Source: Anaerolineales bacterium (lineage in GTDB: Bacteria > Chloroflexota > Anaerolineae > Anaerolineales > E44-bin32). Taken from it: a DNA stretch of 64,000 nt. Both the position numbers and the translations under genes were made by a program. Where the stretch lies: contig DASWJQ010000039.1 in NCBI GenBank assembly GCA_036397095.1, positions 1,422-65,421 of the forward strand, given 5' to 3'. The notes beneath the pieces are model-generated. The model was not told where the DNA came from. It made no database searches and saw only the letters and a program-made list of their open reading frames with translations. Each line of letters starts with the position of its first letter. The stretch's first letter is position 1. Of the stretch, positions 17,531 through 26,000 are shown piece after piece.

Positions 17531-18454
17531 CTACGGGAAGTTGGCCAGCACCGTCTCCGCCAGAAGCCGCAGGCCATCCAGGTCGTCCAACTCGAGCCAC
17601 TGCAGCATCATGCGCTGGGCGCCGGCCCGGCGGTAGGCCTCCAGCTGTTCGGGGATTTCGTCTGGGGTACCAACAATGGCCGGCCATGACCGAACCTCGT
17701 CCAGGCTTGTCCCGCGGGCCGCCGCCTTGGCTTCAAGTTCGGCCTGGCTGGCAGCCATGGTCACATTGACCATCACCGAACGCTGCACTGCGTCGGCCCC
17801 CCGGCCGTTCTCCTCGAGCAGCTCATTGAGCAGCCGGTTGCGCTGACCATACTCATCGGCGGCTAGGAAGACGCCGTTCCACTCATCGGCCCAACGGGCG
17901 GCCAGCGGCAGAGTGCGTTGGCGCCCATTGCCGCCGATCACGATCGGCGGCCGTCCCTGGTGGGCCGGTCTGGGCAACAAGACCGCTTTGTTCAACTGAT
18001 AGTAGTCGCCCTCAAAGAACTGCGGCTCGGATTGGCGCAGGAGACGATGGATGACCTCCGTGCCTTCGGCGAAGCGGTCGAAGCGATGCTTGGGCCCGAG
18101 CAGCGGAAAGCCGTACATCCGATGCTCCCGATCCTGCCAGCCGGCGCCAACGCCCAACTGGAATCTGCCCCCCGACAGCGCATCCAGGTCCTTGGCCCAG
18201 CGGGCCAGGAACACCGGATGGCGGAACGACACCGGCGAGACCAGCGGGCCGAACTCAATCCGGCGTGTGTTGTTCGCCAGCCAGGCGAGCGACAGCCAAC
18301 ACTCCAAGGAGTCTTTGGCCGGCGATCGGGCCCCGGTGAAATGGTCGGAACGGTACAGTCCGGCGAAGCCCAGCGATTCGGCGGCCTGCGCCAGCCGCTG
18401 CCAACGTTGCCAGGTAAGACCGTCCTGGCCTTCGATCATGAGGGCAAGGTCCAT
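17531..18454 (-). CDS. LLM-class (luciferase-like) flavin/F420-dependent oxidoreductase
   Basis: 307 aa: MDLALMIEGQDGLTW....LAQ.AE.LGF..L.RSDHF and LGVGAGW motifs typical of the LLM family. Confidence 0.75.
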   Translation of the reverse strand: MDLALMIEGQDGLTWQRWQRLAQAAESLGFAGLYRSDHFTGARSPAKDSLECWLSLAWLANNTRRIEFGPLVSPVSFRHPVFLARWAKDLDALSGGRFQLGVGAGWQDREHRMYGFPLLGPKHRFDRFAEGTEVIHRLLRQSEPQFFEGDYYQLNKAVLLPRPAHQGRPPIVIGGNGRQRTLPLAARWADEWNGVFLAADEYGQRNRLLNELLEENGRGADAVQRSVMVNVTMAASQAELEAKAAARGTSLDEVRSWPAIVGTPDEIPEQLEAYRRAGAQRMMLQWLELDDLDGLRLLAETVLANFP

Positions 18455-18520
18455 GGGGGCTCCTTTGGGAGGGTGATGACTTCATGATAATAGGTAGGGG
18501 TGTAAGGGACCATGGATGAT

Positions 18521-18579
18521 GGACCGCGGACGGCAGACCGCGGACGGGCAGACCGCGGACGAACAGACCGCCGACCGCG
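18521..18579. repeat. Short tandem repeat (14-15 nt unit CAGACCGCGGACGRR, about 4 copies)
   Basis: GGACCGCGGACGG CAGACCGCGGACGGG CAGACCGCGGACGAA CAGACCGCCGACCGCG, read directly from the sequence. Confidence 0.8.
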
Positions 18580-18588
18580 AATTCGCGC

Positions 18589-18616
18589 ACCCGTAGGGGC
18601 GCATGGCAATGCGCCC
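18589..18616. repeat. 28-mer ACCCGTAGGGGCGCATGGCAATGCGCCC, copy 1 (copy 2 at 18895-18922)
   Basis: The two 28-mers are identical and lie 306 nt apart in the same orientation. Each contains the hairpin GGGCGCAT-GGCA-ATGCGCCC. Similarity continues about 20 nt beyond (..GCG.A.GTCG...GATGACC). Confidence 0.85.
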
Positions 18617-18628
18617 AGCGTAGTCGAT

Positions 18629-18691
18629 GACCTCCGAGGTCCACACAGCGACTGGCGATTGCAAGCCCGGCCCAGGTGGACCTCGGAGGTC
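18629..18691. repeat. Long hairpin with self-palindromic arms GACCTCCGAGGTCCAC ... GTGGACCTCGGAGGTC
   Basis: 16-nt arms are exact reverse complements with a 31-nt loop. The same GACCTCSGAGGTC arms recur at 27701-27736. Confidence 0.8.
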
Positions 18692-18800
18692 GGGTGGATG
18701 TCGGTCGGCCCAGCACCGCAGCGGCTAAGCGGCTCCATGCGTGCCGACCAAGTCACAGGTTGACCAGTATCAGGTGCACGCGATCGCGCCTGCGCGATTC

Positions 18801-18866
18801 TCGACCCCGGGGGTCCGACAAGGGGCTGTTCGAATCGGACTGACCTCATCCGGACCCCCGGGGTCA
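18801..18866. repeat. Second long hairpin, arms CGACCCCGGGGGTCCG ... CGGACCCCCGGGGTC
   Basis: 15 of 16 arm positions are complementary. The arms are again near-palindromes of the form GACC..S..GGTC. Confidence 0.75.
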
Positions 18867-19015
18867 TGAGGAGGTCGGGCCGATCCCGAATGAAACCCGT
18901 AGGGGCGCATGGCAATGCGCCCGGCGATGTCGGGGCGATGACCGGCGGCCGGGAACCCAGCCCCGGCGGGATTCGTCATATGATTGGAACCGGCCCTAAC
19001 CCAAGGGAGCGCACC

Positions 19016-19555
19016 ATGACCTACAAACTTCACGCCCTGCTGGCGTTGCTATGTGTCCTGCTTCTGGCTGCTTGTGCCCCGGCGGCCGACCCACTTCCTA
19101 TGTCGGAGAATTTACCTACGCCGAGCGACACGTCACCTGTGGAGGGCTCCCCGCCGCCCGGCGGCGGACCGCAACTGCCAGTGCAGCCGGTCGATGATCC
19201 AGTCCCGGGCATCACTTCGGCCATGGTCAGCGATCTGGCCGCAATGCTTGCGCTGGCCGAGGACGCCGTCGTGGTTGAGTCGGTTGACCACGTGATCTGG
19301 CCGAGCGCCGCCCTGGGCTGCCCGCTGCCGACGGTTGACTACGCCCAGGTGGAGACGCCGGGCTACCTGGTGATCCTGCGAGCCAACGGCGCCCCTTACG
19401 AGTACCACACTGACGAAGCCGGCCGCTACATACTGTGCGCCGGCGGCCAGCCGTTCCTGCCCTTCCTACCGATCAAGCCGGGCGATATCGACGACGGCCG
19501 GCCGTGGATGCCGGCCGGCACGCCGCCGCCCGGAGATCCCGAACCGATCTACTAG
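19016..19555 (+). CDS. Hypothetical lipoprotein
   Basis: MTYKLHALLALLCVLLLAAC lipobox and an AAGGGAG RBS before ATG 19016. Pro-rich linker followed by a small globular domain. The ORF-track start at 18866 lies inside the repeat region. Confidence 0.6.
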   Translation: MTYKLHALLALLCVLLLAACAPAADPLPMSENLPTPSDTSPVEGSPPPGGGPQLPVQPVDDPVPGITSAMVSDLAAMLALAEDAVVVESVDHVIWPSAALGCPLPTVDYAQVETPGYLVILRANGAPYEYHTDEAGRYILCAGGQPFLPFLPIKPGDIDDGRPWMPAGTPPPGDPEPIY

Positions 19556-19564
19556 GCAATGAAA

Positions 19565-19598
19565 GACTTCCGGGAAGCCAGTTGGCTTCCCGGAAGTC
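19565..19598. terminator. Bidirectional terminator hairpin between convergent genes
   Basis: GACTTCCGGGAAGCCA-GT-TGGCTTCCCGGAAGTC forms a perfect 16-bp stem. TGTGTTT follows it on the plus strand. Confidence 0.65.
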
Positions 19599-19659
19599 TG
19601 TGTTTAGGCAACGAGCGCGCCGTTTGACGGGCTCGCTGGACCTCTCAGGATGGACTTGA

Positions 19660-21639
19660 CTACTTGGGCTTGCCTCCGCCTGAGATCAGATCGAAGCTGT
19701 AATCCGCGTAGGAAGTCACGCCCACTCCCGCGTCGTAGGTGACCATCAAGACCAGGCTCCGATAGTTGTCGAACATCTCGGCTATCGGTGCCCAATCCTG
19801 CATGTATCCTCCGCTCAGGATCGTCATAACCTCGTACTCGGATTGACCGCGGTGGTTGCGCTCACCGACCAGCTGGACGGTGAAGTCGTTGGAGATCCCA
19901 AGGACTTCGTTCAAGCTCTGGAAGCCATCCGTGGATGAACCGTCCGAGCTGAAGACGCCGGCGATATCGACATTGTCGATGTACCAGCCTTCCTCGTTGA
20001 CCGCCCAGTCGGTCATGTAGCGGAAAGCGACCAGAACGTCTTGGCCATCATAGGCCGACAGATCGTAAGTCAGGTTGATCCACCCGCCACTCGACCCAGT
20101 CAGGCCAGGCAACTGAGCGATGATGCCCTCAGTAGTCGCTTCATGATCCAGCGTCGTGTAGGGCGCGTTCTCGATCGTCTCCCATGTGTTGCCACCGTCG
20201 GTCGAAACCTGGACAAAGCCGAAGTCCCAGCCCGCCTCGATCTCGTACATGGTGTCGAAGTTGAGGCTGGCCCCGATGACGCCGGTCAGGTCAGCTTCGG
20301 CGATCAGGAAGTTGTCGACCAAGTTGCCCTCACCGCCCCACAGGACATCACCGTCCGAGGTCCATTGCGTGGGATTGAATTGCACGCCGTTGAACACCAG
20401 GTTCTTGACGCTTTCAAAGCCCCACATCAGGTGGTAGTCGGTGCCCCACGGCGGTGCACCCGGCGTGGCGAAGGCCTCAGGGTTCGGTTTGCCCGGATGC
20501 CCGACGTCGACAGAGAAGTCCGGCAGTGAGTTAAACGTGCCTTCTATGTACAGCCCAGGTGCGTATTGGTGATACACATCGGCAAACGTCGTTGACTCTC
20601 CAGACAACGCTGCGTCGGCTCCCACAATCCCGTTGCCCGGATTGAGGAATAGGTCCTGTAGCACGCCGCCGCCGAACTGCTCGAACAGATAGAGCATATA
20701 CAGGTAGGCGTGGCCATAATCCGACAGGATCTCCAACGGACCCTGGTCTTCCCACACGACCAGCGAGTTCTCCGGCAGCGCGGCGGTGTCGCGGACATGC
20801 GAATCCGGGTGGCCATAGCCAACCAGGAACTCGGCGAAGTCCGACAGGCCCTCATTCACCCAGTTCTCTTCGTCGCTGTCGTAGTCATCGTGGAGCAGAT
20901 GCTGGTACTCGTGGGCGAAGACCCCTTCGTACAGATTGGGCCGGGCGGCGTCGTCACCGACGCGGTTCTCCCAGTCGTAGGCATCAATCGAGATGACGTT
21001 GCGGTCAAGGTACAGTTCGAAGACCGCGCCCCAGTAGAAGCCAGCGATGTATAGCGGGTAGTTCGGGTCGTAGTAGTTTTCGTCGCCAACGTTCATGATC
21101 ATGGCGATCGAGCGCCCTTCGGGATCGTAGTAGTCGAAGGGCAGTGCGGCGTTGCTGCCATCATGGAAGTCCGGTGCGCCAAAGAAGGCGACTTCCTGCG
21201 GATAGATGGTGTTGTCGAACTCATCGACCAGGTAGTCGATCTGCTCGTCTGTGATCACCACCGGGTTGCGCGGGTCGCCATCAGGGAAGTTGAGGTCGGT
21301 CATAACCCAGACCTCGATATGCTCGCCGATGGCCCGCACCTCAAACGGCGCTAGGTACAGCCCAGACAGATCGTCGTACCAGATGGCGGTGATGACGTCC
21401 CCCTCTACGTATTCCTGTGGCTGCGTCGAGGAGGAGGCAGCTTGTTCGTAGGCTCCTTCAAACCCATTCAGGTGAAGCGGGACTTCACTGGGCGACAGGT
21501 CACGGAGCCTGGGGCCGACATCGACAGGCCGATAGGTAGGCCCAGGCGGGGCGGCCAGGGCCGGTGCGGCACTGCCAATAGAGCCGGCCAGCATGGCAAC
21601 GGCAGCGACGACATTCAGTAATCTTTGGTTCATTTCCAT
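19660..21639 (-). CDS. Secreted M6 family (immune inhibitor A-like) metalloprotease
   Basis: 659 aa with signal peptide ...GSAAPALAAPP and the zinc motif GVFAHEYQHLLHDDYD (HExxH). Size and architecture are typical of InhA-like enzymes. Confidence 0.75.
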   Translation of the reverse strand: MEMNQRLLNVVAAVAMLAGSIGSAAPALAAPPGPTYRPVDVGPRLRDLSPSEVPLHLNGFEGAYEQAASSSTQPQEYVEGDVITAIWYDDLSGLYLAPFEVRAIGEHIEVWVMTDLNFPDGDPRNPVVITDEQIDYLVDEFDNTIYPQEVAFFGAPDFHDGSNAALPFDYYDPEGRSIAMIMNVGDENYYDPNYPLYIAGFYWGAVFELYLDRNVISIDAYDWENRVGDDAARPNLYEGVFAHEYQHLLHDDYDSDEENWVNEGLSDFAEFLVGYGHPDSHVRDTAALPENSLVVWEDQGPLEILSDYGHAYLYMLYLFEQFGGGVLQDLFLNPGNGIVGADAALSGESTTFADVYHQYAPGLYIEGTFNSLPDFSVDVGHPGKPNPEAFATPGAPPWGTDYHLMWGFESVKNLVFNGVQFNPTQWTSDGDVLWGGEGNLVDNFLIAEADLTGVIGASLNFDTMYEIEAGWDFGFVQVSTDGGNTWETIENAPYTTLDHEATTEGIIAQLPGLTGSSGGWINLTYDLSAYDGQDVLVAFRYMTDWAVNEEGWYIDNVDIAGVFSSDGSSTDGFQSLNEVLGISNDFTVQLVGERNHRGQSEYEVMTILSGGYMQDWAPIAEMFDNYRSLVLMVTYDAGVGVTSYADYSFDLISGGGKPK

Positions 21640-21697
21640 CTCCCTACAATTGAAGGTTGGTCATCTCGGGTTGGAGCGTATCCGGTCTGGTGGTGCA

Positions 21698-21780
21698 CCA
21701 CCTCCTCCCGAACTCGGATTTAACTTCAAGATTCCAGCAGATCATACGCGGTGACAAAAGCTGGCGGCACACGCCGCCTG
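21698..21780 (-). promoter_or_regulatory. Conserved 83-nt upstream cassette, copy 1 (upstream of the M6 protease)
   Basis: 69 of 83 positions are identical to 22778-22860 by hand alignment. In gene orientation it reads: hairpin GGCGGC-GTGT-GCCGCC, then CTTTTGTCACCGCGTATGATCTGCTGGAAT..., ending in GGGAGGAGGTGG. Confidence 0.6.
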
Positions 21781-21811
21781 GATATCCCAAACCCAGCTAC
21801 TGACAAGGGCA

Positions 21812-21843
21812 ACTTCCGGGAAGCCAAACGGCCTCCCGGAAGT
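21812..21843 (-). terminator. Hairpin after the S1 protease gene
   Basis: ACTTCCGGGAAGCC-AAAC-GGCCTCCCGGAAGT, with one mismatch. It belongs to the same CTTCCSGGAAG family as 19565 and 3561. Confidence 0.5.
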
Positions 21844-21894
21844 CTATCCAACGATCATCGGCCCCATCGACCAAGTTGTTAAGGGTTGATAATC

Positions 21895-22710
21895 TTAGAA
21901 CCCGTTGATCCAGTCAAGAACCTCAGGGATGTCGACACGGCTCGAGTACCCAGTGCCGGAGCAGTTGGAATTCGTCACATATGAGTTGACGGCGAGCACT
22001 GTGTTAGTACCCCCAAGCAGGTTGGGGCCACCCGAATCACCAAAGCAAGTTCCACCCTTGCCTTGGCTGTGATTGAGCGAAATTCGCATGAACTCATCGC
22101 TGTGAGTGAAGTTGCCGGAGATCATCTGGCTGGGTGCGTACAACCGGACCCTAAGCCCTGCCCACAGCGGTGGACCGCCCCCGTGAATCTGCTCCTGCAC
22201 GCCGTATCCGACGTTGTCCAGTTCCGCCTTGTTGCGGAGTTCATCCACATCGCCGGCGTCCGGTAGTTGAGCGTATTCACTGACTACCGAATTCGGAACC
22301 GGCTCCGTCAGCACAACAATGCCGACATCGCGCAGTGCGAAGCCCGGCAAGCCGTTGCCGCAGCCGATGCAGAAGTCGGGATTGGTGTGGGGAACACCGT
22401 CATAGGACGTGGTACCGCTGAACGGGTATTCGGTGTTGCTTTGCACGTCCTCGTCAAACCAGATCCGGGCCGCCACCGTTCCATCGGTGCAGTGGCCAGC
22501 TGTCAGGACGACAGTGTCTGTCAGCAACGAAGCGGAGCAGCGATGGCTTGGAACTTGAACGCCATCAGAATTCAGGACATCAAAGACAATCAGCCCAACG
22601 TACGGATGATCGGTCCCATCGGGCTGCCCATTGGTGATCGCCGCCGCCGGCACAACCAGGGCCAGCGCCGCGATCAGGACCAGTGTCAGAACGATCGAAC
22701 TGCGTTTCAT
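21895..22710 (-). CDS. Secreted trypsin-like serine protease (S1 family)
   Basis: Signal peptide MKRSSIVLTLVLIAALALVVPAAA and the catalytic motifs LTAGHC and GDSGGP. GGAGGGAG RBS before ATG 22710. Confidence 0.85.
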   Translation of the reverse strand: MKRSSIVLTLVLIAALALVVPAAAITNGQPDGTDHPYVGLIVFDVLNSDGVQVPSHRCSASLLTDTVVLTAGHCTDGTVAARIWFDEDVQSNTEYPFSGTTSYDGVPHTNPDFCIGCGNGLPGFALRDVGIVVLTEPVPNSVVSEYAQLPDAGDVDELRNKAELDNVGYGVQEQIHGGGPPLWAGLRVRLYAPSQMISGNFTHSDEFMRISLNHSQGKGGTCFGDSGGPNLLGGTNTVLAVNSYVTNSNCSGTGYSSRVDIPEVLDWINGF

Positions 22711-22777
22711 TCCATCTCCCTCCAAAGTTGGCTCAACTATCCCCCCCGCTAGGCCTCCCATCGCAAACCCGGCCTAA

Positions 22778-22860
22778 CCACCTCCTCTCGGGCTCGGATT
22801 GGCCGTCAGAATTCCAGCAGGTCATACGCAGTGACGAAAGCAGGCGGCTCACGCCGCCTG
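22778..22860 (-). promoter_or_regulatory. Conserved 83-nt upstream cassette, copy 2 (upstream of the S1 protease)
   Basis: See 21698-21780. The 11-mer AGGGAGATGGA directly before the start codon is also shared by both genes. Confidence 0.6.
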
Positions 22861-23008
22861 CCCCTGCTAAATTCTTAGCACAAGGCTCTCAACCGAGGCT
22901 CATCGGCCGCGTGCGCAAATCCGACCCGACTTGTCTCAAATCAGTCGTTCTGGCACGTTTCATATCGATTCGCTCGGTTTCCACGTCCTTCTGACCGGGT
23001 GTCCAGCA

Positions 23009-26000
23009 CTATCTTCCTTTGCCCCGGCTCATGGGCACGGTCACAGTGGCGCTGGCCAGCGTGGTGTTGCCGCTGGCGTCCGTCGCCAGATATGTGATGG
23101 TGTAGGTCCTTCCATCGCCGCCGGCGGCGCGTTCGGCTCGCAGGCGGAAATGAGTCTCATCGACGACCACGATGTCGTTGATCGTATTGCCATCGCCGGG
23201 TCCATTATCGGGCTCATCCGAGAAGACCGAGATGAAGACCACCGTCGGATTAGGGTCCACGGCGTCCGAGACCGACAACGTGACCTCAACGTCGACGTAC
23301 TTGTGGTTGGCCGGCCACAGCTCCGACGGCTCGACACTGACGGTCAACTCCGGCGCGACCTGATCAGCCAGGGCTAGGCCGACGATCACCGGGTCGTGAT
23401 CCGACGAGCGGTAGGCGTTCGGTTCGTAGAGCGCATCTTGCGGCGGCTGCTTGAAGGTCGTGTCGTAGTCCAAGATGTCAGGTTCATCGGCGTTCACGTG
23501 CCAGATGGTGGTGCCGGTGATGCTGGCCAGCATTTCTCCGCTGGCCAGACCGTGGTCCAAGTAACCGAGCTGGCCGTCAAACACGTAGGAGTAGGCGTGC
23601 TCGCCCTGGTACAGATGCACCAGGTCGGTCCAGTCGTCGCTGGTGCCCGGCGTGTCGTCGGCGCCTTCCAGGATGGCATCGATCGGGTCTTCCTTATCGT
23701 AGGCATTCAGGTCGCCCATGATCAGGTAGTTGGGGCTGCCGGAGCCGGTTGGATCGGTGGCGACCCAGTCGACGAGGGCCTGGGCGGCCAGCGTTCGGGT
23801 TTGGTTGCAGTTGCCCTGTTGCGGGTCGTCATCGCCCGGGCCACATGCTGAGCCCTTCGATTTCAGGTGGTTGACCACCACCGTGAAAGTGCTGCCCGAG
23901 GCCTGCTCGAGGAAGGCCTGGGCCAGGGCCGGCCGGTTGCGGCTGTCGTCATAGCGGCTGTCCACCGCCGAGGTCAGCAGCTGATGGCTGCCGACGGGTT
24001 CGACCGAGGCCGGCCGGTAGATCAGGGCCTGCTTGATGGCATCGGTCCCGATGAAGCCCGTGCTGATGTAGTCGTAGGTGCCGGCGCCGAGCGCAGCATT
24101 CAAGCCAGCCACTAGGTCGGCGACGGACGTGTCATCATCATTTTGGATTTCGATCAAACCAACGACATCGGCCTGCATGGCCGCCAGGGCGGCCACGATC
24201 TTGGCCCGTTGACGCTCGAGCTCTTCGCTGTTATCGGCGCCGCGGCATTCTTGATTCCCAGCCGGTCCGCAGACAAAGGCGCCGGTGTCTATCGTCGTGA
24301 AGTAATTGAGCACATTGAAGCTGGCCACCGTCAGGCGGCCGCCGACGTCCTCCGGGGCCGCCGGACGCGGATTGGCCGCCGTGTAGCTGGCGCCGTCGGT
24401 TGGATGAATCCGGTACAGGCCAAAGGCGTAATCCATGACACCGGTCACGTTGGCTACGGTGTCACCACCACGGAATCGGTTGGCCAGCGTGAACTCGCTG
24501 CCATTGGGATGAATGGCCGGATCGGAGTTCTGGCTGGTGCGTCCATCGTCCAGCATGATGCGCCCCAGTGCGTTGTCGGCTGCAACGTCGGCCGCGGCCG
24601 CTGAGCCGGGATCCTCGATGGCCGTCGGCTGGAACTGGCGCTCCGTCGTTAGCACGATTTCGCCGAAGCGATCAAAGTTGAAGTACTCGGAGATGAACAG
24701 CGTTTGGGACAGGCTTATGCGCATGCCTTCGAACGCTTCGAAATCGTCCACGGCGGACACGGGCAAGGTCGGGCTGGCGGCTGATGGCAGCGGCTGTCCG
24801 CTGCCCATGAGCGTGACGCCGGCAAAGGATGTGATCTCGGTCAAGCCGTTGAACTCGGACACATCCCCTTCGACCCGGACCAGATCGCCGAGCTGCACAT
24901 CGACGGCCGGTGAGGTGCCGTCAAAGACGAAGATTCCTTCCGACGTTAGCGGATTGGCGTCAACGTCGGCGTCTTCCTCCTGAAGGTAGAAACCGTTCAG
25001 ATCACCATGCACCCCGCTGGCGGCGTCTTGGAAATCGCCAACGACGATGCCTTCGACAATCACCGTGCTGCCGACCAGCGGACTGGCCGCACCGCTGCCC
25101 TGCACCTCATGAATCTTGGCCTCAATGACAGCCGGCGCACAGGCGTTAGCCGCGCCTGGGGTGTCCTGTCCGCCTGAGAAGGAGCCGATCCGCCAACCGT
25201 CATCGCAAAGGAAGGCATGACCAGGCACAAAGGATCCGTCGGGCCCAATGGATGGTGGTCCGTAGTGGAACTCGGTGCCGCCTGGCGGGTTGGGCTCTTG
25301 GACGAGCGCGATCAGGTCAACCACCGACGTCCACGGGGTGGCGTCCAATATACCGTCGTCATCGGTGTCCAGGTCATCACCATTTGCGCCGCTGAACTCG
25401 AATACGAGCACATGGGTGACGTTGTCACCGTTCTCGAAGTTCAAGTCGGTCGTCAGATCCGCTGTTCCAAAGCTGAAGGTGCCCTCGGCGGCGACAAAGA
25501 AGCCCGAGGCTGAGATAACGCTGCCGGTAAGATCGGTGGCGTTTTCGATGACACCGCTGCCGCCCGTACCGTCGCCGATGACCAGATAGGTCAGGCCGTC
25601 CAGGGCCGTACCGGCTGCGCCGCCCAGTTCGAAGTACTCATCGTTGTCGGTGCTTGGTTGATCGATCCGGATTTCGCTGATGACCACGTCCGGCGCCCCA
25701 ATTGGCACGCATCCGGTACTGGCTTCGACATTGGTTTCGCCCGGTGTGCTGCAACGCAGGCTCAAGTCCACATTGTTGACATTTGTGTCGCTGCCATCGG
25801 GGAAGCGTGAGATGCCCGCCAATTCCACACTGGGGTCGTCTTCCAGCCCTATGCCCGAACCCTCCGTGTAGGGCGCACCCGTATCGCCCTCGTAACTGAC
25901 GGCGTCGATCAAGACGCTGTCGTCGCGCAAACCGACGGCGTCGGGCGCCCCGTTTTGCACCAGATTGGTGTCGGGTAAGACATCCAGGTCGCAGTTGGCG

